From NCBI GenBank assembly GCA_030324005.1, contig JARDVH010000124.1, positions 50,895,029 through 50,959,028 on the forward strand: 64,000 bases of DNA, in the 5' to 3' direction. Positions 23,727-37,025 of this stretch are shown here, one piece after another. The position numbers and the translations under genes are program-made. Under the pieces are notes generated by a model. It was given only the letters and a program-made list of their open reading frames with translations. It was not told the origin of the DNA and did not search any database. The first letter of the stretch is position 1, and each line of letters opens with the position of its first letter. Source of the stretch: Negaprion brevirostris (Eukaryota).

Positions 23727-23950
23727 ACCGGTTAGCTCAGTTGGCTAGACAACTGGTTTGTGATGCAGAGCGGCGCCAACAGTGCAGGTACAATTGCTGT
23801 ACTGGCTGAGGTCATTTATGAAGACCCCGCCTTCTCACCTTTGCCCTTCACCTAAGATGTGGTGATCCTCGGGTTAAATCACCACTAGCCAGCTCTCCTC
23901 CTCAAAAGGGGAGAGCAACCTGTGGTCATCTGTGGCTATAGCAACTTTAT
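23727..23950 (+). mobile_element. tRNA-derived SINE of a different family
   Basis: A-box ggttagctcagttggctaga, degenerate B-box ggtacaattg, and body ccttctcacctttgccc...gtggtgatcctcgggttaaatcaccac. Confidence 0.65.
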
Positions 23951-24474
23951 CATTCACTTTTTTTTGCTTGAACGACACAACATTTCAGAGAAGAGGAAGA
24001 AAAATAGACAACACAAAGAAATATTTGCCAAAGCTGCACAACATTTACCTATTCTAGATGTATCATTCATTCCTTTAATCACGTACAGGAAGAACCTATC
24101 CCTGAAAAATTGCTGAAATTACTTCAAAGCATTCAAATCAAAATCCAAATCCAAATAACAGGAATTGGCATATGCGGCAAACACTTTGCAATGCACGTAG
24201 CCATTTGACTCAAAATAGACTCAAATAATTGATTTGCTATGAATTACACAAAACTATGAATAATACAATATACAGCTAATTCCGGTTCCACATTAGAACA
24301 GGTATTTACTATGTTCACATCTCAAACTTGAGAACCAAGCATCAACAACTTCAGTTTGCTATCTGATAAACCAAACAAAATGATTACAAATGCAAGTTAC
24401 CAAACTATAAAATTACAATCATCTTAAAACTTAATGCTCTCACTGTACCAACATGAATTAGATAAGAAGATTTT

Positions 24475-24642
24475 GGATGGGATTTTCTGGCTAGTTCAGC
24501 CCCAGTACAGTTCCCCAACAGAGGACGGTGCAAACAAAGGGAAATCCCGCTGAGAGCTGCGGATGAGGAGATTCCACCAATGGTCAATGGTGAGCTGCCT
24601 CTGCCACCACAAACTCATCACAGGATGTGAAAAATCCTGCCC
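24475..24642. mobile_element. Short MITE-like element with imperfect terminal inverted repeats
   Basis: GGATGGGATTTT ... AAAATCCTGCCC; GC-richer than its flanks. Confidence 0.45.
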
Positions 24643-25479
24643 ATCATTGTAGAATTCAAATTTTTAAACCTGATTAACTTGTAAAGTGCCTCAAACAGTA
24701 GTTGTGCATTCCTCATGAATGACGTTCAAAGTTAAGCATGTTGCATAATCATGATCCGTAAATTTATCCCTGAAGGGTCTACTTGGTATCATTAAGTGCT
24801 TACAATATGCAGTATTTTAAAAGGTACTCAAATTGCATACATTAGAAGTCTGCAAAAAATATCTTCAGGCAATCTCTGCACATGATATCAAAACATTTGT
24901 CAATTTCACCTGAAGATTATAATTACTGCCACCAGGGCAAATTTTAAATGTTATCTCGTCTTTGATGTTTTCTTGTTCTCTTTTGTATGCAAGTGCAAAG
25001 GCCGAATTTAACTTCTGTTTCAGGAATCCAACACATCATTTCGCGTTTCATTGCAACTTTAAAAGACTGATACTGTGAACTCCACATAGTCTCAAACACA
25101 AACAGAATATTGAGAATTTGTAATACATATAATCTAGCACTTAACTGCATCTATCAGCCAAAGAAATCATAAGATGCATTTCAGTGCAGTAGATCCAACA
25201 ACCAAGCTCACTGCCTGCTGCAATATTAATGACAAGTAAAAATGAGTAGCAATTACAATTTTAATACTCATGCCTATTTTGACACAAAATCCTGAAGCTC
25301 TAAGCAAAATTAAACTTTTAATATCCATTAAAACCTACGTGCATTTACAGTCCTCAATGCCTCACAAATAATTCCAAGCAAAATTAAATTCAGTCATTCC
25401 CAAAGCCATTTACAATTGATTCTTCAAGGAAATTGTCAGCTTCTCTCACACCCCCTAACTAAAGACACTGAAACAAAAT

Positions 25480-26090
25480 GACCATACAACAATGTCTTCT
25501 CCTTTATTCATTCCTATCTCATGTTCAATCACTTGGCAGTCTCTCTAAGTGGTATAAAAACCCAAATTGGGTGGTGGGGTCAACATGCAACAACACATTG
25601 TTTCTCTTAAACAGGTTGCAAGATATCACCACTTCGTCACCTCAAATATTTCTCTTTTCCAACCTATTTTGGAAAATTAAAATCTCCTGCAGATAAAACT
25701 CTAATGTTAACACATGACTCTTTAATTTGTCTACAAGCTTTGTTTGAAATTTGCTTTCCACTATTCGATAGTCTACAACATGGTCCAATTTTCTTGCCAT
25801 TCCTCAACACAATCCAGGGATTTCATTTGGACCATTTCTCTACTCAAGTACCACTCCCCATTTCCTTTTTCCTTTCGGTTTTGTCTTTCCTTAACATTTT
25901 AAATTCAAGTATATTTAACTGCCAATCCTGACCCAGATTCAATTACTGCTACAATACTATGATTTCCTATTTTAATCAAATTTAGTTCTTCTATTTTGTT
26001 TTCTAGTCAGTGAATTTATATGAATCCAACTTAATTAGAACTGCTGAGATTTGGTTAATTTTCTCTCTTTACCTTTGCACATCCATCTTT
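25480..26090 (-). mobile_element. Very old CR1-like remnant
   Basis: Degenerate minus-strand similarity to the CR1 endonuclease/linker region (e.g. ccaaatctcagcagttctaatt, catagtattgtagc). Confidence 0.4.
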
Positions 26091-26224
26091 TAAAATGAAA
26101 CTATCTTGTTTTGTTTAACCCTCTTTCAACTTTCCCAGTTCTCCTTTATATACGCACTCTTGGATTTAAGTTCTTCGCTTGCAGCAGCCTGTGGCTTTAT
26201 GAAAACATTGCCCTTGCAGTTCAA

Positions 26225-28280
26225 TCTGCAATTTACTTAATGGCAAGAGAAGTGGTTTCAGGTGAGGAAAAAAGATGTGTCCAAAGCCCTGGTACGGAAG
26301 GCTGCATCATTAGAATCCAGTGGAGATGGAAGAACTGGGAAAATGGAATGGAGTCCTTCCACGAAGCAGGGTGTGAGGAAGAGTTGAGGTAGATGAGGGA
26401 GTCAGTGGGCTCATAACAAATATTATTTAATAGCCTATCACCAGAAATGGAGACAGAGAAGGGGAGGGAAGAGTCAGAGATGGACAAAGTGAAACTGAGA
26501 GCAGAGTGGAAACTGTGGGCAAAAGTTAATGAAGCCCTTCAATTCAGAATGAGAACAGGACATGGCACTGATACTGTCATCAATATATCAGAAAATGAGC
26601 TGAGGGAGGAGTTCCAAGTAGCATGGGAACAAGGAATGCTCTACATAACCTGCAAAAAGGAAAGCATAGCTAGCACTCATATGAGTACACATGGCAACAC
26701 CTTTAACTTGGAACCAGTAGGGTGAGTTAAAAGAGATGTTATCCAAGGACAGGTCAAATTCTCCCAGGTGGATGAGGGCTCTGATTGATGGAAATTGGTT
26801 GGAAGAAACTGAAAATCCTCAGATCATCCTGGTGAGGGATGGCGGTGCAGAGCCATTGGCCATCCATGGTGAAGAAGATACAGTTTAGGGCCAGGAAATC
26901 AGAAACTGTTAAAATGAACAAGGATTTTAGAACAGTCACAAATGTAGGCCAGGAGAGACTGGACAAGTGGAGAAAAAAAGTCAAAAGCAGGAAAAAGTCA
27001 GTTCAGTCAGCAGGAACAGACCAAAACAATTGGTCCACCAGGACAAACCTATTTAGGGATCTTGGGAAATAGGTAGAAGCAAGCTGTCTGGGGAAGGGGG
27101 AACCATGAGCTGGAAAGCTATGGAGAGATGATCACAGGAGGAGGTGATGAACTCAATGCCTGTTCTGGAAAAAATAATTTGATATTCAGTGGTGAGATCA
27201 TGGTCCAGGGATAGGTAGAGCAAAATGTTGGTGAGCTGCAGTCAGTCAGTTTGATGTCAGGGTTAAACCTGAGAACACAAAGTAGAGCAAAAGGAGAGAG
27301 GTTAGCTTCAAACAGCAGCAGAGAAATCAAGATGGGCAACATCATGTTGGCAGTTCTCAACAAATAGATCAAAATAGAAGTCCAGAGCGAGAGATCTTAG
27401 CGTAGGCAAAGCACTGGAGATTGATGAAAGAGTACATTGAGCTGGGAGAGAACTCCTAGCGTAAGAAGTGTTTGTGGAGCCAAAGATGCCAGAAGATCTT
27501 AACGTCATGCTGAGCTCAAAATTAAAGGTGCTAAGGTAAATGTGAAAGACAAATCATTCAGCATCACAGAGGGTGTCGTGAACATACATCAACAGGTGAG
27601 ATAGGAAGACTGGGATAAGAGAGAAGTGTAAAGAAAGCGATCTAGAGGCATGTTGGTGCCCACGATTTGTTGGAGCTTGCAATTTCTTAACACCTGAAAG
27701 AGAAAATGCTTTCTGCTAAAATACTGGATGAGTCGAATGATGAAAATAAACTGCAGAACAGGACAGTTTTGACATGGTATGTGTCAACACTGATGAAGAG
27801 AGAGGTCAAGATTGTGCCATCACCATGAACAGAATGTTGACCTCTGGATCCAACAAGAACAGCCCAAGGTCTGTTGAATATTTAGGATTTACTTGTAATC
27901 ATGTGGATCAGAAACAGAAGAGCAGAATTTTCAATAGAATCCACATGGAATAAGTTGAGCTGAAGACAGCTGCTTTGAAAGCAGATTTTGATGGATATTG
28001 ATCAAACATAAGGAAGGAAATGAGAAAGAATGAAGGTGAATAAGGTAAAAGAGACAAATGAGAATCCTGTCACAGAGAACAGCAGAACTTCTAAGTTGGC
28101 ATTTTTGGAACAGAAGTAGCAGTGAAATAGGCCTGAATCAAAAAGCACAATACTGCAGATGCTGGAAATCCTGCTTGAAACCTATCATATCTCTAACTTT
28201 TCCCAGGTGATCAAACGTTAACTTTGCTTCTCTCTCCACATATGCTGCGTGACTTGCTGAGTGTTTCCAATATTTTCGCT
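26225..28280 (-). mobile_element. Decayed Penelope-like element (second family): RT/thumb region plus an oppositely oriented terminal-repeat piece at about 28140-28280
   Basis: SISDSSLPFS.VSISGDRL...YEPTDSLIYLNSSSHPASWKDSIPFSQF and LNCIFFTMD...LCTAIPHQD resemble PLE RT motifs; the terminal piece is aaacgttaactttgcttctctctccacatatgctgcgtgacttgctgagtgtttcca. Confidence 0.82.
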
Positions 28281-29369
28281 AAAATATCTTCAACAGTATT
28301 TGAAAAGTAGTAAAATAATAAAGTTTCGGTCAGCCTGCTGAGTTCTAATATACTGTGTCTAATTGAAATGTTAATCCATTGTTACACATGCTGATAGTCC
28401 TGCAGAGATCAGAGCACCAGTTCACTACATGGTTACTTTCAGACTGAGTCCCTCAACCCAGAACACAAGCTGTTGAAATCTGAGGAAAACAGGTACTGAA
28501 CTTGCACCCATTTACGACCACACATTTTAATCCCCCTCGGGGAACAATATAGTCGAAACTGGCCATTTCTAAACAGATTGAGAGCAGGACTGAATGAAAA
28601 CTCAGACTTGATTATCCTGATTCCTACAGCACTCATGATCCTAAATAATTAATTTTGGATTTGACAGAGAAACTAGAATAGATTTTGTAAGCTCTACACT
28701 GTCCTGTGACAACATACAATCTAACCACCAGCTATGTCAGTAACTGGTAAAGGCATTGCTATTTTTAGTGCACGACTGAATTTAAATGTCTTGCAAGACA
28801 GACAAAATGAAATGCAAAAGAATAGATTCCAGTCTGAGGGGAAAAGCAAATGTGGTCTTCATAAGGCACAGCTGTCATTGCACAAAAAAAAGAGAAACGT
28901 TAAATGCATTACACTATTGACATTCATGTGTCTTAACGATATCGTAATGTGTGTGGTCTTACAATTTTAGTGTGTAGAGGATGCCATGAAGAAGGATGCT
29001 GGAGAATTATACTCTTGCACACACACTTCACTGAGTAACGGAGTATTGCAGCATAAACTTTCCATAACCTTCATTCCTTCTGATGAATCTGACACAGATC
29101 AGTTAACTCAGGAAGTCCTGGGGTTTTGAAAAGGCAGCAGACATCATAATTGCACTTTGCACGTACAGGCTTATGGTAACATGTGGACTTTTAAGATTTG
29201 ATTTGCAACTGACTGTTATAAAATAGTTTGCCATTACATTTATTTTGTTCTCAAAGAGCAGTAATTGAAACAATAGATAGATTTGATTCTTTTTAAATGT
29301 ACCTTAGTTGTGAGTTTCTCAACACATTTTCTTGACGAATGACCTTAACAGTAAGCAATGTACCAATAA

Positions 29370-29720
29370 CGTTTTGAATTAATTCTCAAATGCCAGATGA
29401 TAGCGGTTTGGTTCTCGATCCTGAAGGCTGTAGGTTTAAGCCCTACTGCAAGACTAGTGTACTTCAGTACTGAGCAACTGTTACCACCCAAGTTTATTCC
29501 TGAGATGTCCCTTTTGGATCTAATATTCAATAACGGTCACAACTTGTCAGTTGAGATGAACATGAAAGGTCACATTGCAGATCAACATCTGAAGATGAGG
29601 ATGGTGCTTCAGGGATCCAGAGGCTCTGATAAGCCAATGAACAAAAGCAACTACCTTGTTTTCTTTACCAAAATTCCTCCATCAGCATTTCGGTGGAACC
29701 AGGCCCAGATAATGCCCTGA
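29370..29720 (+). mobile_element. Highly degenerate Deu-domain SINE
   Basis: gaaggctgtaggtttaagccctactgcaagactagtgtac...cagttgagatgaacatgaaagg resembles the other Deu-SINE copies. Confidence 0.4.
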
Positions 29721-31689
29721 ATAATTGCAATATTTAACTGTGGTTGCCTTTTTGTGAGTCATGGAGAGAGTAGACATCAGCTTAGTCACTTAAAATAAAA
29801 TTTTAAAAATCTACTCAATTAACTGCATTTACAGAAAAGAAAATGAGAAGCATGTTTAAGAAAAACTGGTGTGAATTCTGAACATTTCAATTGATGATGA
29901 TTTCTGAACGTGATATGAATTATTTTTGTTTAAGATCGAATAGGTCAGCCTATTAATCAGGGGTTCACAAGTTACTATGCTTTACTGACCACAAATTGAA
30001 GTCAATGGCTAAACTGACAAAATATAACACAACATAAAGATGCAAACCCTCTGACTAAAATTGACCTGAAAATCTAAGGAACGGTACACAAGTACAAAGA
30101 GCAAACATTCAAAATAGTCCTAGCATACAATTAACTTGTTTCACAGTAATTACCATGTACAGAATTCTTGAAGGAACTTAGCAGATTTCAGTGTTTATGA
30201 TTTTAAAAATTTGCTGTTTATTCTGTCCTTCAGATAATCTTTCCCTTTTTGGCAGACTTTCAGCAATATTGGCTTAGTGATGTGCAATTGCAAAATTCAA
30301 CAACCTCCTGTCCAACCCACACATAGAACCTTCTTACCACATGCCTCAGACATATTCTCTTAGAAATGTAAACAAAAATAATGACTAGTTTAACTTCAGT
30401 ACATATTTACATCTCCCAAAATGAGAAATCATTTTCAAAGGCTATATCCTTTACATCAACCATGGATTTATTTTCTGAAGGATACAGCTTTTATTGCTGA
30501 ATATCACTTCAGCTGTTTACATACAGGACTAACAAAACATATGTTGAGAAACGCCAAAACAGACTGTGGCCACAGCCTTGAACCATTGACAATGAGCATT
30601 ATTCTCTTTCACAGGAACAGTACACGCTGAACACATGAAATGAAACCTTGCCAGTGTGGCAAGAAAGAACAGGCTCAATAGTTCTAACATCTGTATTGTT
30701 TGCGATATGGACACACTGCATGATTGTGCTCCCGGGCATGCCAATAAAACAGTTTGAGGCTTCAGGCCACAGCAGTGGTGGTGCATATGAACGCATCAGC
30801 CCGTTGTTACCACGGTTATTCACCCTGCCGTAAAAGTGAATCTGCCATGATATTACTGCTTGTCACACAGCTGCGCCAACTCATCTGAAATGCAAATTCT
30901 GTCTATGTATCCACCAGCTGCAGTCACTCATGTCTTATCGAGCATATAAGAAAAACTTCATCCAATTTATTTTTGTAACTTGGTATTCTTTTCCTCTTCT
31001 TTCAATCAAATATTTTTACTCCTGTTTTTCATTCCATCCTCCCTGATTCAGTATTTCTCTCGCAAACTATATTTGCCTTTTCTTTCTTTTTGTTTCCTTT
31101 ACCTCACTTTTACCCCTTTTCATAGTTACCATATTTCTTCTCCTCCTCAAACTGAGACAGTCTGCTGTACTGGGATCCCGTCCAAGTCTGTCATACAAGG
31201 GACCCTGCTAATGGGATGGACCAGGAAGATCAATGCTCACACATTTATCACAAATAATCAGATGCCCTAAGATGGCTTTCACTGGACATAACTGATGGGA
31301 CTGCAAATATCTCTGACAGGCAGATTACAGATTAATGCAATTCTGGGAAAGAAAAGGAGGGTCAAGTTAAGACCTGCCATCTTTAGTAGAACTGATTCCT
31401 TCTTTAACAACATTCTGTACAAGATCTACAGCTTCAGGATTATAGCTTATGGAAACACCCACCTAACAATGCATTTTCTTGAACTGTCCAAATTTTGCCT
31501 TTTCCATTTGAGTACTCCCTTATCATTACAGCACAAATTCTTTCACTATTACATCTTTAAAACTTTGGAGTCCTATTATCCCATACCAATGTTATTTAAT
31601 ATGTTAGTCATTAGACACGTGTCTAATTGTATTTCTGAATAAATTTTTAAAAACTGATGTTGGTCATGTGATCTCAAAACTCATTTGCA

Positions 31690-32480
31690 TAGTGTAACCA
31701 AATGGACTTTATTTATGCATTTGTTGGTATGATTATAAGGTGAAAAGCAGAGTTCGAAAAATGTCGGAGAGGCAGAATAATAAGGTTAGAGGATTTTGAA
31801 AGTGATGAGTAAAGTTTTAGATAGTAATATGTTCAAGACTCAGAGGAAAGGGAGACTGGAGCTCGGATGATGAATTAAGATCGGGCACAAAAACAGCAGT
31901 TTTGAAAAGATGTGGGAGATTACCTGGAGGAGAAGGACAGTTTGAATGGGATCAGAAACATAAGCAAGCAGTAGTTTAGTAAGAATGGAGTCAAGGGAGC
32001 AGGTGGGGCTGTCTGGCGGAAATAAGGTTGGAGAGGGAATGGGCCAAAATAGAAAACAAAACCAAGTTCAGGCAAGGATTAGAAGGGGCATAGAGGAGGT
32101 TTGGTTTGGTGCAAAAGGAAAAGCAGGGAAGCAGCAAAGGCATTTTATTGGATGGTCTCAATCTTGGTGATAAAGATACCCATGAACTCCTGGCATTTGT
32201 TGGGAGCAAAGGATGGGTGAGATGGGACAATCATGTTAAATGAAATGGTTGATCACTTAGAAACAAAGCCTGTAGTTGTCTTTGCATTCAGGATGATCCA
32301 AGAACAGCAGCTGGATTTGGCTGAGGTGAGTGAAGTAGAACTTCCTGTGGTCAAACCAGATTTNNNNNNNNNNNNNNNNNNNTGATGAACAGCTAAGTGC
32401 AGCACTCATTCAAGACTGCAAAACCTGAAATGAGTTGGGTGTGAAGGAAGTTGCTGACATTAGCTCCCATCAGAAGTGCT
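31690..32480 (-). mobile_element. Old L2-type LINE RT-region fragment
   Basis: Minus strand ...HPSSSLPFL*VLE... resembles the L2 motif NYRPISxLPFLSKxLE. Confidence 0.55.
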
Positions 32481-32514
32481 TGGTTTGAAAATAAAATGGA
32501 TCCTTCCCCAGCAT

Positions 32515-32925
32515 ATCTGCTGCTGAAACCCTGATCCACGCCTTTGTTACTAGCACACTTTTGTCTGGCCTCTCACACTCTACTCACTAAAGTCATTCAA
32601 ACCTCTATGCTTGCCATCCTACATGGGGCTCTGGTTAAATCTTAGATTTTACAATTCTGTCTTTACTTTCAAACCTCTCCATGGTCTCGGCCCTCTCCAA
32701 CTCTTAATTCCCCTCACAGCTCCATACCCTGCGGGGCATTTGCACTTCCTAACTCTGGCTTCTTTCGCATCCAGAATTTTAATTGATCCACCATTGGCGA
32801 CCATGCCTTCCGTTGTACAGGCCCCAATTTCTGGACTACCACCGTCAACCTTTTCATCTGTTTATCTTCATTTCTTCCTTCAACATACTTAAAATGTATT
32901 TTGTTGATCAAGCTTTTGGTCATTT
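32515..32925 (+). mobile_element. L2-type LINE 3' fragment
   Basis: ctgctgaaaccctgatccacgcctttgttactagc (AETLIHAFVTS) ...ttcaaacctctccatggtctcggccc. Confidence 0.7.
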
Positions 32926-32928
32926 GTC

Positions 32929-33107
32929 TGGGTGCTCCGATTTTCTCTCACAGTCCAAAAGACGTGCTAGTCAAGTGCACTGGCCATGCTAAATTCTCCC
33001 TCAGTGTACCCTAACAGGTGCCAGAGTGTGGTGACTAGGGGATTTTCACAGTAACTTCATTGCCATGTTAACATAAGCCTACTTCTGACACTAATAAATA
33101 AACTTTA
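32929..33107 (+). mobile_element. 5'-truncated V-SINE with the alternative tail
   Basis: gggtgctccgattttctctcacagtccaaaagacgtg...gactaggggattttcacagtaacttcattg...aataaataaacttt. Confidence 0.8.
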
Positions 33108-33436
33108 AAACTTTGTGTGTTTGATAACGTTCCATAGAAGGGGCACCGAAATGCATTAAAGATTCGAAATAAATACAAGTTTTTGTTAATGGGGTAGTTA
33201 GGCGTTGTTGCTGATGCAAATACAACAATGGGTGTCTCAATGAGCTCTGCAACTCTCAATCATGGACAGTGCAATAATGAGTCGTGTGTATTACAACGTG
33301 GTTTGAGGAATTTTTCTAACTAAATCTAAATTTATAAAATGTTTAAAATCCATAAAGAAAAGTTGAAATATTAAATAATTAGACATAATATTTTTCAACA
33401 TTACAAAAATTTTGGTCACAATAATGGTTGTCCTAC

Positions 33437-33550
33437 CTGGTAGAGCTGGAAGGCACTATCCCCAGGTATAAAATTCAGTTGTTTATCCACAAAGAATTCT
33501 ATTGCAATTAACAAATGAAGCACAGCCTTTCCCACTACAGACTTGAAAGT
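33437..33550 (-). CDS. JMJD1C: JMJD1C coding exon (equivalent to human exon 3), 114 bp, phase 0/0
   Basis: Reverse complement reads ctttgtttag|ACT TTC AAG...CTC TAC CAG|gtagga and translates to TFKSVVGKAVLHLLIAIEFFVDKQLNFIPGDSAFQLYQ. This resembles human TFKPLVERNIPSSVTAVEFLVDKQLDFLTEDSAFQPYQ (recalled) and joins in frame to the 4135-4240 exon. It is absent from the ORF track. Confidence 0.93.
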
Positions 33551-35689
33551 CTAAACAAAGAAAAACAAGGAAATAACTTAGTTGGAGTTTGATTGATTAA
33601 ATGCAGAGCAATTCGAACATCATTTTTGTCAGAGGACCCAAAACTAGTGAAAGAACAAGTCTGCCACTGGAGTAATATAATGCAGATAGCCAACAAATGT
33701 ACAACAGCATCTCAAAATCTGATTACAAGTTGGACCAACATCAAAGCATGCACATAATTATGCATTTGAAATAAATCCAATTCAAATGTCTTTTATTGTA
33801 TTCTACATAAAGTCAAAGCCCACTTCCAAATTATTGATAGATGTGATAAAAATTCAACTTGAAACATTTTTGCTTTGACTGGAATACAGTATCACAATCT
33901 AAACTGTATTCTTAATAAAAGTTGGCAAAATAATTTTACAAATATAATGAAGTAGAAATGATAGTGGGAAACACAGGATAGGCAAACAAAATTCCAGTAA
34001 ATGATGGTGCAATACAACTATAACACTCAGGGAAGAACATGAATCTCTCAAATTACTACCAGACATAAATTATTAATATAAAATGGTACACAGTCCAAAG
34101 CAGCACACAGAAGCAACTGCAACAAAAAACACACAGTGGACTCATCCTAAGTTCACAAAAGAGATCAGCATACAGAAGAGCAATTTTGGTCTAGTGCTTA
34201 GGGGCACTTGTTCCTCACTCTGAATTCTTGACTTGGAAAATGAGGAATAGTAGAGGAAAATGTTTACTTTGAGTGTGGGGGTTTACCTTCAGGATTTTCC
34301 TATTGCACACATTTTACATTGTTATATTTGTTAACGCAAATGAATTTTGCACTTTTTACACAGGCTTAGTGAAACACTCACTACAGTACAGAGGATGTTC
34401 AGTGCATAGACAAGCATGCCGTCTACTTTGAAAGGCCAAGTCACAGAATTTGAACTTAAAAGAAAAACTCCAAGACGTGTTCAAATAATTCTTGAAATTT
34501 TAGCTAAACCAAACATGTGTACTCTAAGACTGAAAATAAAGATTGCTATGATTCTTTTTAACTTGAACAACAAAAACAGGGTTGAAATTTTCTTCCTGGA
34601 GAACTGGAAAATAATCTCCTCCAGACCAATGCTCTACACTTTTAACGTAATAATTTTTGTTGGCACTTCCAACATTCAGACACAACAAAGTTTTTTAGTA
34701 AAATAATCCACAAGACAAATTAAAGTCCTCATTCTACTGGATGCCAAGGTCCTTGATGAAGGTCATACATGCATCTTCAACGCAAGCAGCAATGCAGCCC
34801 CAATGTGAGAAGCTAGACGACTCCAGAAACAGTAAATCACCCAAATGACTTTTTTCCTCTTTCTCTAGATGCAACAATTGCTGCCATTTGCTTGCTAGCC
34901 CATTTGAACTGTCCCCAAAACACAAAAGGGGAAGGGAAAGTGAAAATTTGTAACCTTAAAACAGCAGCAAAATGTACAAACTTGAACATGCACACAATAG
35001 TTGCTCTGTTGCTATCGAGACGGAATTTGCACAGCAATGTAAACGGGGGAGGATTCTGTAGGAACAGGGGGATCAGTATATTACAAAACTGCTTCAGCTA
35101 AGTACTTCATGAAATAAATTGAGACATACAATCCATGATGCATTGAAAGCGACAATAATTTCACCTTTGCGCTGCACAAGTTTTTAAAAAATGCTTGATC
35201 ACAGAAAATGGAACTACTGTTTAAGGTGCTGAAAAAAATGGCATGACAAAATTTAAACCAACAAAGCAGGCAGAGGAAGAGTAGTAATGTTAGCTCCAAT
35301 GCAAGAATAGGGGAATTCTTACATCATCCCAAGAGTTACTTCTTAAGTACTTAACGTGCTGTGGAACTTTCCTCAGAGCAATAACCTAGAATTGGCAGCA
35401 CAACACTTTAGAGCAGTGGAGGTTTTATAAACTGTTCCATTAAATGGTAAGACGTGGGTGTGAAGGCTCAGAGGCATTTTCCAACCACCTTTCCTTCAAT
35501 AAGCAGCTCAATGACAGTTTCTCGAAGCAGATAGCACCTCTTACAAATTGAATTCTAACAGTTTTACTGTCTGCTGCACTGAAGAGCTTTGATGTGTAGC
35601 AAAAATTGTATGTATTGTTTTTACTTTTTTTGATCAGCTTCAAATTTATTTTAAAAATCGAGTTCCTCTCACACTGGAAACGTGGCCAC

Positions 35690-36010
35690 CACTAAAGGTG
35701 CTCTCTCTCTCTGCCTGAAATGTTACTGGTCCACATTCCACAGATCGTAATTTCATTTTAATTGCTATGCCTGCAACAGTCTCCAAAGCTTTCTCCACAT
35801 TTTAAAAATTTTAATTAATTCCTTCAAAAGTTTACCTGTCATACCTCCACACTACTTTGTCTTTAATAATCTTCAGTGGAATCTTATTTCTCCCTAAGGG
35901 TCCCAAAATCTTTTACTTCTCCTGACTTCCTTTCTCCAGTCTCCTCTGCCACCTCACTGTCAATGACTTCATCGACTGGTTAAATGTTCACTCACGATCA
36001 ATCCGTAAAT
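35690..36010 (+). mobile_element. Possible old L2 fragment
   Basis: Pyrimidine-rich, with ctccaaagctttctccac and cttctcctgacttcctttctccag resembling the L2 linker. Confidence 0.35.
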
Positions 36011-37025
36011 TAAACCCTCAATGCCTGCTACAATCCCTCTATCTCATGCTATTAGTGCCTCTTGTCCTGAATCTACTTATATATCCATTCTCACTCTTTC
36101 CCAGGCTGTCAACATTTTTCAGTTTATTGAAAATCTCCATGCACTTCCTGCAATAGTCAGAGTTTCTAAATGTCTCCCATCACAATGTCAAACCATCCCA
36201 GTTGTCATGACACATGGAAGTCACTGATTCAGCATGAATAAAGTCACAATCTATCAAAAATATTGTGTTTGCTGGTCATTTGTCACACTGTTCTACATGT
36301 GAGAAAATTTGGTAGACTAAGAAATTCAATCATTCATTGCTGGGAACTTCGCACCTGCCCCTCAAACTTACAGGTACTTCCCTTTATTTCCAAGTACAGT
36401 TCCCTTCAAACAACTGAACTAAACAAGATGTTTCCAATCAGACTTGGCTTTAAAGGTAAACACAAATTCTGTTGCAGCAGGTCAACACATTGCACAGAAC
36501 ATCCAAACAAACAGGAGTACAAACTGCCTGATTAATCATTTTTCAGATGTTTAAATCAATTACTTCAACAAAAAAAAGCAAACTGTGATTCTGTACACTT
36601 GATCTAAAAGTTTCCAAAAGTCATGCATATTAAAATACTCCAATGCAACTGCCCTCCAAGAACATGAAAGTTACCACCAAGCAAGATGATTGAAGATTTG
36701 TTCATGTATTTATTATGGCCAACAAGTTATACGTCAGTATTTACGTCTCTAATTATATCAGTCTTAAAATAGAATGTTAATTATGGAGACTTATGCCAGG
36801 GATTCCCAAACTAGGATCCACAGAGTCTTCAGGATGTCCACCACCAGCACATTTGCAAAATTTGAAAAATGCTGCAGAGTTGCTCATCCACAACCAACCA
36901 GAGGCACATTTCTGCAGAAGGTGGCCTCAGAGCGGCTCTCGGGGAGGGGAACAACCCTTGGAGCTGGCGGGGGAATGAGTAAACGCCCACAAGCGTGAAA
37001 TAGACTGCCCGCATGTGAGCCCAAG

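Larger units (their letters stand above)
4241..33436 (-). other. JMJD1C: Large JMJD1C intron (about 29.2 kb including gaps) between the exon 3 and exon 4 equivalents
   Basis: GT at 33436-33435 and AG at 4242-4241; the flanking exons are contiguous in the protein. Confidence 0.9.

Noticed and set aside
23727-23800. tRNA gene
   Set aside because: An A-box is present, but the B-box is degenerate, there is no cloverleaf, and it continues into a SINE body. The same applies to the HE1 heads.
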